From Camelus ferus (taxonomy: Eukaryota): a stretch of DNA of 64,000 nucleotides. The translations under genes were made by a program, and so were the position numbers. The notes below the pieces were generated by a model, which was given only the letters and a program-made list of their open reading frames with translations, was not told where the DNA came from and did no database searches. Below, in pieces: positions 36,626 to 48,778 of this stretch. The number at the start of each line of letters is the position of its first letter. The stretch's first letter is position 1. The stretch is taken from contig NC_045697.1 in assembly GCF_009834535.1 (NCBI RefSeq), positions 51,648,001 to 51,712,000 on the forward strand, read 5' to 3'.

Positions 36626-39600
36626 GACATATATATATGAACCATGAAGTGTATAGTATGGGATATGACTTCTTCCTTCTTTTTCCACCTAGTGGAAAAA
36701 TGCCCTCTTGGTATGTGGGAAAGTATAATTCACTCTCAGGAAAATGGGCAAATAGGTTTTGAACTGTAACCTAGTTTGCCGCTCCTTTGTCAACCAGAGA
36801 GGAGCTACCTACCTACCTCCACCCATATATACGCACATACACCCATGTCTACATACATACACAGTATATACATATACCCACAAGTATGCACATACACATA
36901 CACACATACATACAGGTGCACATGTGAATGTGTATGCACTGTGTATGTATGTGTAGAAGTGTTTTGTAAGATCAGGAGCATACTTCTGTGGCATCTCAGG
37001 AGCTCTTTCATTTCTGTCTCAGAATATGGCCTTGGTAGATGCTGAGGGTAATTGTGGGCAGCTCGCTGGCAGACCTCATTGGGTAAGGAGGCTTGTTCTG
37101 TGACACATGTGGCTTAGGAAATAATTATAGTTCTGTAGAAATTGGAGAATCTGGAAAAGAATTCTTTGAGTCCTTTTGTTTCAAAGTCACGGCTGTGAGA
37201 TTGCCTGAGTATCATCAGAGGAAGAATTGTGAGGCTCTGGTGCTCAGCTCTCTTCCCTCTCCCCCTCCCACTCTTGGAATTGGGGCATGCCCATCTTTCT
37301 CTGCCCTGATTGTTTCCCAGTTGTTAATTCCATTTCATTCTATTCTTAACAAAGTTGCTGATCTTGTCCTCTCAAATATCCAGTTTCCTGAGAAACAATT
37401 TTTCATCATTTTCAGGTACTTGTTTGGGTTTCAAGGTGTAGTGTGGGTCACTGTACCTTCTCCTTGGCACAGAGTATGTGTTTCCACTGGTGTAGACCTC
37501 TAGAGAGCAAAGACTTTGTCTTGAGGACTGCTCTATTCCCGTACATAAAACAGAGCTTCGTACCTTGTGACTTCTCAGATATTTGTTATTTAATGCATAG
37601 ATCTAATAAGCAGGTTATTATCATATTGGGATTTGCCTGTTTCTGAATTTCCTAAAATGCCCTTGTTCTATGTCCCTCTCCAGGTTTAATTGGTCCCCAG
37701 GAAAATGAGGATTGAAACAATGGCTATACAATTAATTGTTCAATGTTATCAAGGCTTCTTGTGACATCTTTTCTCACTCCACAAAGCCAAGGACCTAGGC
37801 TTATCAGTTTTTACACTTTTGTGGTTGTGCTCAATAAATGTTTGGCAAATTGAATTGAATTATGTGCAAGGTTTGGAGTGTCCACATTTTGCTCTGAAGT
37901 CTGTTTGGGATAACTTGCCTTGTTGCTGGCATCAGTGGAAGTAAAATAAGCTACGACTGGCATCTGCCGATCCAGTTTGCAGCAGCAATACTAAAAAGTG
38001 TCTTAAAGGAGGTGTAAAGGGATCCTTTGTAAAATTTTTGATTTCAGCCACCTAAGCCATTGCTCTTCCTTGTAACTAAAGAGCATACACTTTACTGACG
38101 TAACTCCCACTCCTCTATTGAACATCAGAATGATTAAAGTCAAATGCTTTGAGCTTTAGATGAAGATGTTATTAAATGCAGCACGTTACCTGTCACCAGC
38201 AACTTACTGCTGTTTAGCTGAAATATTTCTTCCTCATACTTTTGTTTTCTTTTGTCATTGTACCAAATCAGCATAATATTACTCAGAAATGTTAAGAAAT
38301 CTCCAAGGTCACGTCTGTCTCCAGGATGGTTATCTTTAAGCATTGTTCACTTGTGTGTAGCCAACCTAGATTACCTTGGAAATTCATTAGGGACAATGCC
38401 AAATTGCCTGCTAAAATCATGAGTGGTTTCAGTATGAAGGGCTTGGTTATACTACTTTGACTTGATATATCGACAGTGAAGACTTAAAAGGAACCTTAAT
38501 GCTTCCTCAAAGAGGATTGCTATTACAAGAATTTTGGGAACCCTCTCCTTAGACTTCCTTAGATAGAGATCAGCATTTATTTCTAAGCTGTGCTACTTCT
38601 ATTGTTATAAGTTGCTGAATTATTCTTTTTAATTAATCAGCTTTTGTTCTGATTGTAGATGCTTTATATGTGGCCATTGTAATTATCTTCTTTTTCTGTA
38701 TTCCCCAGATTTTTGACAATCATCACAAATATCAAACTGTTGTTATAATTTAGCATATTCTAGTCAGTCTTCTTTTAATACACAGATTGTGGGCGATTTT
38801 TGGTATACCTGTTTTTGTTTTGTTTAATATTTTAGTATAATTTTCCATATCATTACAAACTCCTTGTAAACATCATTTTCATCCCATCATACTAATAGCC
38901 CTTAATTTATGTAATTATTTTCCATTTTCTCATGATAGTGAACAGTGCCACATGATGTTGTAAGTAGATTATTGCCTTTTTCAAATGACCGCTTTCAGAG
39001 AGAGCCCTAGAAGTTGATTCCTGAGTAAAACCACATTAGCATGCTACATTTTGACAAATAACTTTTGAAGAAGTTTGTATGACCTGAGGTCCTGTGACCT
39101 TAGCAATATAGGAAAGTGTTGATTTTAAACATTTTAATTTGGCTCTGTTCTTCTTGACATTTGAACATAATTTTAAAATATTTGGTTATGCAGTCTCTGA
39201 AAGTTGCCATGAATTAATCATGTTTCTAGTTATCAAGTACCTCAAAGTATGAACAATTATATTATTAAAATGTTTTGGTTTTTTATCGGGACTGTAAGAA
39301 GATTTATCTACCTCGTAGGACAGAATTTGAGAGTTGTGTATTCTTTAGAATGGATCAGAAAGCGTGGGAAGAGCCTTCTAGCTTAGGAATCTCGGTGCCC
39401 ACATGTAATTGATCTACCCCAATTTTCCGAGTACGTTTACATGACTTTGCTGACTAACTGTAAATCTGTAGGAGAGATTTTGTGGTAAAATGTCAGTCTC
39501 TTGTTTATAAAAATGAGGGCCACAAATTCATCATGATGAATCTTAGTGGAATTTAGAGTAAGTTATGAGCAGCATGAAACAGTCTGTCTTGTTCTTGAAA

Positions 39601-40061
39601 TGACTGATAAAAATAGTATTTAGGAAACTTATAGAAAGCAAAATAGGATTAAATACATGACTCTTCAGATACTTTAATAGTAAATTACATTTCCTACAAT
39701 TTTTCTTCCTGTTTAGTACATGTAGTTTTATATGTACTAATGCACACAAATAAAAGCAGAAAGAATGATTGAAATAATTACTTATATGAGTTTGAGTTCT
39801 CCTTCTTATATGTATGAAAACCTCTCTTTTTTGCAGGTAGAGTCCATTTGTTAATCTAAACTCTAGCCAGTACATGCATTAGAGGACCTATTATTGTTCA
39901 TTGCCTCTTCTCCATCAGATGGTCAGGGGCACAATTCTGCTCACTGTGTGGTTTAAAATCCTGACTCTACCACTTTTCTGGCTGATGAACTTAACCTCTC
40001 AAAGCATCATTTTCTCGTATGTAACATAGGCATATTACTACTACTTACTTCATAGGGTTTT

Positions 40062-40847
40062 TAAGAAATATTTTTTAATTAAAGTATAGTTGATTTACAG
40101 TGTTTCTGGTGTACAACAAAGTGACATTCTTTTTCAGATTCATTTCCATTATGGGTTATTACTAGATATTGAATATAGTTCACTGTGCTATGCAGTAGGT
40201 CCTTGTTGTTTATCTATTGTATATATAGTAGTATGTATCTGTTAATCCCAAATTTAAAATTCATCCCCCTCTTTTCCCTTTGGTAACCATAAGTTTATTT
40301 TATATGTTTATGAGTCTGTTTTTGTTTTGTAAATAAGTTCATTTGTATCATTTTTTTAGATTCCACATGGAAGATTCCATATTAGATTCCACATATATCA
40401 TATGATATTTGTCTTTCTCACTCTGACCTACTTCAGTTAGTATGATAATCTCTAAATCCATCCATGTTGCTGCACATGGCATTTTTTCATTCTCTTTTAT
40501 GGCTGAGTAGTATTCCTTTGTCTATACGTACACCACATCTTCTTTATCCAGTCATCTGTCGATGGACATTTAGGTTGCTTTCATGTCAGCGCTATTGTAG
40601 ATAGTGCTGCTAGGGACATTGGGGTCGGGTATCTTTTTGAATTAGAGCTCCCTCCGGATATATGCCCAAGAGTGGGATTACTGGATCATACAGTAACTCT
40701 ATTTTTAGTTTTTTAAGGAAACTCCATACTGTTTTCCACAGTGGCTGCACCAGTTTACATTCCCACCAGCAGTGTAGAAGTGTTCCCTTTTCTCCTCACC
40801 CTCTCCAGCATTTATCATTTAGAGACTTTTTGATGATGGCCATTCTG
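40062..40847 (-). mobile_element. 5'-truncated LINE-1 inserted in a MIR, intron 2
   Basis: Antisense L1 ORF2 end/3' UTR. Flanking direct repeats at 40039-40061 and 40860-40882. MIR-like sequence on both sides (about 39930-40060 and 40860-40940). Confidence 0.9.
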
Positions 40848-41980
40848 TTCTTACTGAAGTACTGCTTACTTCATAGTGTTTTAAAGGATTCATAAAATGC
40901 TGGCACATGGTAAGCAAGCTGGAATGATAGTTATTATTATTAGTATGTCTTAGTCTATGCTTTTTAAAAAAACACTTATATTCAAGGAAAGCTACCTCGT
41001 TCCAGTCCCTACATTTCTGATAGGTCTGCCTGCCACCAGGGCTTTCCAGGAATGGATTTAGTGTGTCATGGACTTGTAAGCTCTCCAGACACTCAGCTCA
41101 CCATGTGACAGCTCTTTAAGAGTTCTATTTTCATGTATTATCTTCATGTTGGTATCTCATTTTAGTGTTGCTTAATATATTGGAATATAGCAGTAGGGGG
41201 AGGAGTTGAATAAGGAATAGTGCAAAAGCAGTTATTCCATATGGATTCCACACCAACTATATCTTGTGTATTCTATTTTTCATTTCACCTTATTTCTTTT
41301 TTCATTTCACCTTATTTATTGAAATTCCTTCTTTCTATTTCACTAAGAGAAAGTTCCTGTATTATTCATGACTCCTTTGGATGCAAATAACAGGAACCCA
41401 GTTGACAGTGGTTAAGGAAAACAAAATTGATCAGGTAATCAAAGTCAGGTATAGCTGAATCTAGGGCTCAAATAATGTCAGAAATCAGTCTCTCTCTCTC
41501 CCCACTCCCCTTCCTCTGTCCCTCCCTTTTTCCCTTCCCTCTTTCTTACTTTCTCATTTTTCCTCTGTGTTGGCTTTTCTTCTCTCTGTCAGGATAAGAT
41601 TGTGACTGTCCTAGTTGTGGCAAAGGCGTCACCAGCAACTCTAGGCTATCAGTCTACTTTTCTCCCCACTAGACAGAACTCTTCTGTTTTGGCAGTGCAG
41701 TAATAGATCCAGGTAGGTCTTTTACTGGCTACCCAGCTCAAGTCATGAGCTTATCCTTGAACTGTTCACTGTGCTCAGGGGATGCAGTGCTCTGATTAGC
41801 CGGGATTGAGATGTTTCACTCTTGATTTACAGCGACTCAAAGTGGAGTGTGGGGTGCTTAACTGGAGGGAAATTTGAGGTTCAGTTAAAAGAAAAAGGAG
41901 GGATGAATGCTGGGAAGCACTCATGTGCATTAAGGCCACAGCTGTGAGGACTTCCAGCACATTGCATGGGACCTGGAGGC

Positions 41981-42441
41981 TGTGGCAGGTAGAAGAATGG
42001 CCCCCAAGATATCCATGTCTGAATCCCTGGAACCTGTTTATATGTTACATGGCAGAGAGGAATTAAGTTTTCAGATGGAATTAGGTTGCTGATCAGTTGA
42101 CCCTAAAATAGGGAGATTATCCTGGATTATCCATTGGGGCATCCTTATAAATGGAAGAGGGTGGTGAAAGAGAGACTTGATTGGATGTCACTAGCTTTGA
42201 AGATGGAAGGAGGGAGCCATGAGCCTGGGAGTGCAGGTGGCCTCTGGGTGTTGAAAAAGGCAAGGGGACAGATCACTTTTAGCATTTACAAAAGAAATGC
42301 AGCCCACTGACACTTTGATTTTAGCCCTGTGCAACCTGTTTCAGACTTCTGAACTCCAGAACTATAGGATAATATATTCGCATTGTTTTAGGTCGTCAGG
42401 TGTGTGGCAGTTTGTTACAGCAGCAGTAGGAGACTAATACA
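41981..42441 (+). mobile_element. MaLR solo LTR (MLT1D-like)
   Basis: Starts TGTGGCAGGTAGAAGAATGGCCCCCAAGATATCCATGTC and ends GTTTGTTACAGCAGCAGTAGGAGACTAATACA. The 5-bp flanks GAGGC / GTGGC match at 4 of 5 positions. Confidence 0.88.
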
Positions 42442-42502
42442 GTGGCCTAGTGGACTGTCCTAGTTTCTCATATTTTTGTCAAACCATGATCCAGACTATT
42501 TT

Positions 42503-42651
42503 TTAAATTATTATTTTGGAGTTTTTTTTTGGAGGGAGTGGTAATTAGGTTTTTTTTTTAAATTTTTTTTTTAAATGATGGTAGAAGAGATTGAACCCAG
42601 GACCTCAGGCATGCTAAGCATACACTCTACCACTGAGGTATACCCTCCCCC
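42503..42651 (-). mobile_element. tRNA-derived SINE (camelid vic-1-like), second copy
   Basis: Homologous to 13720-13875 (GAACCCAGGACCT...CATGCTAAGCATACACTCTACCACTGAG.TATACCCTCC). TSD AGACTATTTT at 42493-42502 and 42655-42664. Confidence 0.88.
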
Positions 42652-45439
42652 ACTAGACTATTTTAGATCTGGAAAATACAATTACTACAAGTAAATTTTT
42701 GGTGAAAACCTTTAAAAATTATATCCACATTTCTTATCTGTCATATTTTCTCCTGCCTTTGGCCCTGAGTACAAATGCTAATTTTCCTGGCTTTAAATTC
42801 TAGGCTCAATAATAGCCTTTAAAAGTATTATCCATTAAAAAATTTTAAGATGTGTGAAAAATATTAATTTTTAGAATGTCTTAATATTTTTCTTGCATGT
42901 GTAAAATTTCCAATGCTGATAAATATAACCAGTAGAAGTGCTTCTTTTAAAACTAAGATTGGAATGTTATTTGGCATTTGGGCCTCATTAAAAAGAAAAT
43001 AAATCTCCTCTGCTTGTTATCCTGTTATTGATTATTTAATCATTTTAAGATGTAGCAAAGAAAGTAAATACTTGGATATTTTTCTTTAAAACAGTTTTTC
43101 TTTTCTTTTCTTAAAAGATCTCCTCTTACCTGATTTCATGTTCTGGAATGCTAGAGAATGTGCTGTTCTTTCCTAAATGACTCTCTTGAACATAAACATT
43201 GTGCAATTGCAACAAATATTTATGAAAAATCCAGATTAAAAAAAATGAGAAGAATTTTTAAGTTCACAACTATTTGTTCTTTCTTAATAATGAGTGGGGG
43301 AAAAAAAAAGCATCTCCTCCCGCAATCCCCCAATAGCTATGAAAATAGATTTGCAACTAAAATAAAAGACATCAAAGAGTTTCTTTGCCTTGTGTTGATA
43401 AGAGCCTGGAGGAGATGAAGTGAGGAAAAAAGAATTTGGCTGGGTTCAGAATTTCAGCATGTGTCGCGATTAATTTTTAATTGCCTTTGAGAGAAGATGT
43501 GTCCCTTTCTCTGTTAGTGTTTACAGCCTTGGTGAGCGCTTTGGCATGTGATGTCCTCTTTAACGTCCACTCTTCACCCCGCTCACATCTTTCCTGGAGC
43601 AGCTGGCTCCTGTCATTTCTGATGAAAGTCATTCTCTTTCCCTCGGCTCAGGATTTGGAAATGTTGTTGTTGGAGCTGCTTCTTTAGCAGATCTTGAAAA
43701 TGCTTATTTGATTTCATTCTTGTGGCCAGATTGTTGCATACTGAGAATTTATACCTGATAAAGGAAATTGCCTGTGTGACTTTCTCTATAGTAGGGCAAT
43801 CAGCCAATTCATGGGAGAGAATCCCAGTCTCTGGGTTGGGGAATGGAGCATGAGTTCTTACAGCCAGCTGAGACTTCAGGCCCTCTGTTGACATGGAGCT
43901 TAAGATCCCTTCTAGCCAGCAGAGACCCTGGGTTTGGGTGGGAATGGAGTGAGGAGAGGCCTGAGAGGTGCTGGGATACAGAAGGAATCTGATATTGACT
44001 TCCTTCTATGGCTCGAGGTAGATGATTATGGTGATGGTGATAATAACACCACCTAATTTTTCATTTAGTGAAATGTTATTAGGCTGACCAAGCCCTTTAT
44101 ATACCTTATCTCTTACTCCTGTTTTACAGGTAACCTTTCTGAGCCTTGCTTTTCATAGTTTGCTCACAGGATGCTAACAGGATTGCTCATACCAGCTTGA
44201 AACCAGAATTCAAACACAGTGCTTTTTGACTCCAGACCTTTAGTGTTCAACCATTGTACATCGTACCCCATTTCCTTTCTTGCTTGGGAACTAAAGTTGC
44301 ATTGCATCAATCACAAGTATTCCAATAGTCTGTATGCCTGGGGTGTCTTTGCTCTTAATCAGATCAGCTAAAAATTGCTGTGATACACGGGAACTTTGCA
44401 CCACAGCCCTCCGGGTCCTAGCAGTGTTGACTGTACTACTGGAGACTTCTCTTACTGTTCTATCATGTGGTCTTTGTAATGTGCAGGGGACATCTAGTCT
44501 CCTCTAGGGGACATTTGTGTAGCATTCTACAATGTAAAGCATCCCCAGCTGCCTGTCCTCAGTTGTGAGCACATGTGGCTGAATGCATGAAGGAGTTACG
44601 GTGATCTCCAAGCTAGGCCGCAGGGTCCTACTGTGAGCCCACTCCCTCCTGAGAATCCCCACTTCCAAAAGTAGCCATTGATTTCTCTTTTTCCCCAAAG
44701 ACTGATGTCCACTGGGGACATTTGAACACATTTAAGATCATACCTCTGCCCCAACGAGCTTAAAATCGCTGAAAGGACAAGAGGTGAGCCTGTAACTTTT
44801 CACCTATAGGGATTTTTATAACTTTGATGCAGACAGTACACAGCCGCAGGAGTTAGGAAGCTTGGACCAGGGGGTCTGTACTCTAGACAAGTTAGCAGGG
44901 GAGGTTTCTTGGAAAAGATGGGGCTTGAGAAAGACCATGAGGGCCAGGTTGGATTTGCAGAGATGGAGAGAAAGCAGCAGGCCTTGCCGCCGTTGATGCA
45001 GTAGAAGGGGCTCTAAAGGCAGGGGTGGTAAGTTGGGTCTAGTGAGCACTTTAAAATGTTTCCATAGGTAACATGGGAGATGATGTCAAAACGCAGTTAG
45101 AGACCAGACGCAGAGGGCCTTAAATGACGAAGTTAAGTTTTGACTTGGGTTAAATTACCTAACTTTGAGTTTCAGTTTCTTAAGTGCAAAGAGAGGGGGT
45201 TTGATTAGCAGACGGTCTTACAAGCAGTTTTCGGGTCCAACATGGAAATAAAGATATTAATTTTCTGAATCTATTTTATCCTGAAGTAATGATGAGATAG
45301 TTGAGACTATTTAGAGAGAATAACAGAGTAATATTAATATCTAACATTTATTGAGTGCTTACTATGTGCTGAATACTGTGTTAAGCACTTTGGATCAGGC
45401 TGTTTAATTTTATAACAAGCCTATGAATTCAGTACTATT

Positions 45440-45535
45440 GAATATATACATATATATAAATGAATCACTATGCTGTACACCGAAAGTTAACACAACATTG
45501 TAAACCAATCACATACTTCAATTAAAAAAAAAAAG
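45440..45535 (+). mobile_element. Very short LINE-1 3' terminus
   Basis: TGAATCACTATGCTGTACACCGAAAGTTAACACAACATTGTAAACCAATC...CTTCAATTAAAAAAAAAAA. Confidence 0.8.
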
Positions 45536-46345
45536 ATATAGTGAAAATACCTCTTAGAAAAGAGGAGGGGGTGGAGCCCGAGGCTTTCACTTGGGCAGGC
45601 AGTGCGCCGTCTAACGGGCTCCCCCTCTGGTGTGTGTCAGCCCCGCTGGGCTGGGATAGGGGGCCTGCCCCTCGGGAAGTGGAAGAGAACCCGGGGCCTA
45701 GGAAGAAAGATGATGTGGGAGTGCCAAGCTTTGCAAACTGCTTATCTTTCCCAGACTTGCCAGTCACATCCAGCACTCTTCTTTGTGGGGGGAGGGGTGA
45801 GTTAAGGGGGATGGAAAGGCCTGGAATCCTCAGAAAAATCTCTCCTCACAGAGAGCCGGAGTAGATGAAAGACACTGCACCTCTAACTTAAGACAACATA
45901 ACGCCTTCAGCTTGAGATGGCACTTCTAACTGTAAGAGACAAGGGTGAGATGGTTTTTCAAGGTCTTTTTAATTCTTGACCCGCAGAGTTATAATCCTAT
46001 GAGTATCAGAGGGATTGCAGAGTGGGGGCTAATTTCCTGCCGCCTGTTCCTAAGTACCAGGGGCTCTCTGTCTGCATTCCAGGAGGTCTGTTTTAGTGAT
46101 TAGATCCATTTTTGTTGTTGTTCTTAGTAGTTTAAAATGTAAGTTCTGGATACTGTGAAATGTTTGATTTACAGGCCAGCAGGAACTGTGAGAAACAGAC
46201 CCAACATTCGCAAGCAGATTCTGGCTATAGAGGTATATGGCAACTTGTGTGGTTTGCTGTCATCGATTGCTTGGTGGTAAACTGCTATTTGGAAAAGAGG
46301 ATGCATTCTAATTTTAGATACTCCTTCAGGCTCAAACTGCTCTCC

Positions 46346-47950
46346 TTCATTCATTCACTCATTCACAGGTATCTACTGAGTGACTTCAGAGTCAGTTTTA
46401 GACACTGGGGAACTACGGTGAAGAGAATGGATAAAAAATCCCTTCCCTCATGAAACTTACATGGTAGTAGGTATAAAGAAACAATGAACAAATAAACATA
46501 TAAATAAAATTTATAGTGTCTGAGAGGGTGACAGATTTTTTAGGGGAAAAGTAAAGTGCAGAAGGGAGATAGTTAGGAGGTTGTTACTGGTGGTCGGGGG
46601 AGCTCTGAAGGAACTGAGGGGTGGGTGAGACGTGCAGCTGTCGGGGGAAGACGCTTTGGCAGAGGAAATGGCGAACACAGTAACCTTGAGATGAGAGGTC
46701 CCAGTGCTGGCCCTTGGGGGCCAGTTACCCTGCGTGGGCCGGGTTTTAAGAGCGACATGATCTGCCATTTGAATTACTCTGGCTCCATTCTGAGGATGAC
46801 CTAGAAAGCGGAAGGACAGAAGCAAGGGGAGAGCAGTCATGGTCTCATTTTAAACTGAGCTGGTGGTGCACTGGACTAGGGCAGTGGTGGGGGGAGTAGG
46901 GTGAGCAGTGATCAAGAGTCTGGAGATAGCCTGCAGTTAGAGTCAATAGGATTTGTTGAAAGATTTATGTGTGGTGTGGGAAGAGTTAAGGATGGCTTAG
47001 TTAGGCTTTTGGTCTGAGTAACTAAGAGGTGGAGTTGCCACTTACACTGAGGTGGGCAGGAAGCACAGATGTGGGAGCAGAAAAGCAGGAAGTTGCTTTT
47101 GGAAGTGTTGAGGTGCCCGGTGAATACCCACAGGGAGAGGGTCTGGGGGCGACTGGCTTGACAAGAGAAGAGCTCCTGGAGGAAACCTGGGCCGGAGACT
47201 GAGACTGGGAAGGCGTTCAGTGTCACAGCATGGGATGTGTTCACCCGGCTGGGGAGGGGAGAGGTGGAAGAGGAGGGGCCAGGGCCAGGTCCTGGGCAGT
47301 GCAGTGTGTACAGGCCAGGGGCATAAAGCGGGGAGAGGAGGGAGGATGAGAAGGGGAGATGAGGAAAGAGGAGAACCAGAAGAGAGAGTGGTGTCCTGGA
47401 GCCTAGAGGAAATGTGTCAAGAAGGAAAGAGAAACAAACGGAGTCAGATGCCACTAGTCAGACAGGTGAGAAGGTGGAGTCTTGACCATTGGTTTCAGCT
47501 CATGAGGTTACTAATGATGTTGACAAGAGCATGATTGGAGTGGGTTCCAGAAGGAACAAGGATGGGAAAAGAGGAATTGGAGAGATCTCATATAGTCACA
47601 TTTTTGGAAGTGTTTTGCTATAAAGTGTGGCGAAGTAGTGAGGAATTAGCTAGAGGCAGATGTGGCATCAAGAAGGTTTTTTGTTCAAAGTGGGAAGTAT
47701 GGCAGTTTATTGATTTGCTGGTGGGAATGACCTAGTGATGGGAATGACCTAGTGATGGGAAAACCGATGAGAAAAGAGAGAGAGGACAATGGCTGAAGCC
47801 ATCCTGCAAAGGCAAGAGGGGCTAGGATGGGGTACGCAAGTGGAGGGTTTGCTCTTGTCTAAGACCACAGACCATCCATACTACAGGAGGCAATGGACCA
47901 GGCATGCACAGATGCCAGCGGGTTGTGGACAATTCACTGCGTCTGAGTCA
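46346..47950 (-). mobile_element. LINE-2 fossil
   Basis: Starts with a (TTCA)n-like L2 tail, TTCATTCATTCACTCATTCACAGGTATCTACTGAGTG, followed by a purine-rich L2-like body. The right edge is approximate. Confidence 0.8.
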
Positions 47951-48513
47951 GGCTTGGATAATCAGTGACCACAGTGTGGCTTTACAGTGGCCCTAGCTCT
48001 CTGTGCTTGTGGAATTTACGGCTCATGAAAACCTTTACATGCTTATTGCTGTGGCCCTTCAGCCATCCCAGTTGACAGTTGTGTAGTTTCACATTTTGAA
48101 ATTGCACATGGGCACTACTTTTAATAAGTATCTAATTTACATTTAAGTTACAGTAGTTTAAATTTACCAAATCCTCTGCATAATCTCATCTAAACCTCTC
48201 ACCCAACCTATGAAGTTGAGACTGTTATTAACCTCCAGTTAACAACTGAAGAAACTGAGCCTAAAGGGAAAATAAAGAACTTGTTCAAGTTCATGTGTTG
48301 ACTTAACTTCCTGCTTTCAGACACTGCTGTCTGTTCCTCGGTTGTGGGCTGGATTGCTTTGTGGAAGTATTTGAGTGTATGAATTGTATCATTTCTGAGT
48401 GCAGTTAATTAACATTGGTTTGCATATGTGATTGTAATCTGAGATTAAGTACTTTTGATACCTTTGAGCTTTCCCCACCAACCCTTTATTTTTCTCCCCA
48501 AGACCAAGAATTT

Positions 48514-48778
48514 TTTTTAAACTTTTTTTTTATTGGGTTATAGTAATTTTACAATGTTGTGTCAAATTCCAGTGTAGAGCACAATTTTTCAGTTATACAT
48601 GAACATATATATATTCATTGTCACATTTTTTTCTCTGTGAGCTACCATAAGATCTTGTATATATTTCCCTGTGCTATACAGTATAATCTTGTTTATCTAT
48701 TCTACATTTTGAAATCCCAGTCTCTCCCTACCCCCCCCCCCCCCCCGGCAACCACAAGTTTGTATTCTATGTCTATGA
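48514..48778 (-). mobile_element. Young short LINE-1 3' end in intron 2
   Basis: Same family as the 16.6 and 27.6 kb copies. Perfect 16-bp TSD CCAAGACCAAGAATTT at 48498-48513 and 48779-48794. Confidence 0.95.

Noticed and set aside
36759..37045. Four overlapping ORFs rich in His/Thr/Tyr/Val/Cys
   Set aside because: They are translations of a degenerate (CA/TA)n low-complexity tract.
46511..47735. ORFs of 100-180 aa in intron 2
   Set aside because: They fall inside the purine-skewed LINE-2 fossil.
47722..47761. 17-bp tandem duplication TGGGAATGACCTAGTGA (similar small duplications near 41277-41317 and 56253-56280)
   Set aside because: Ordinary two-copy slippage events with no spacers, so not CRISPR-like.
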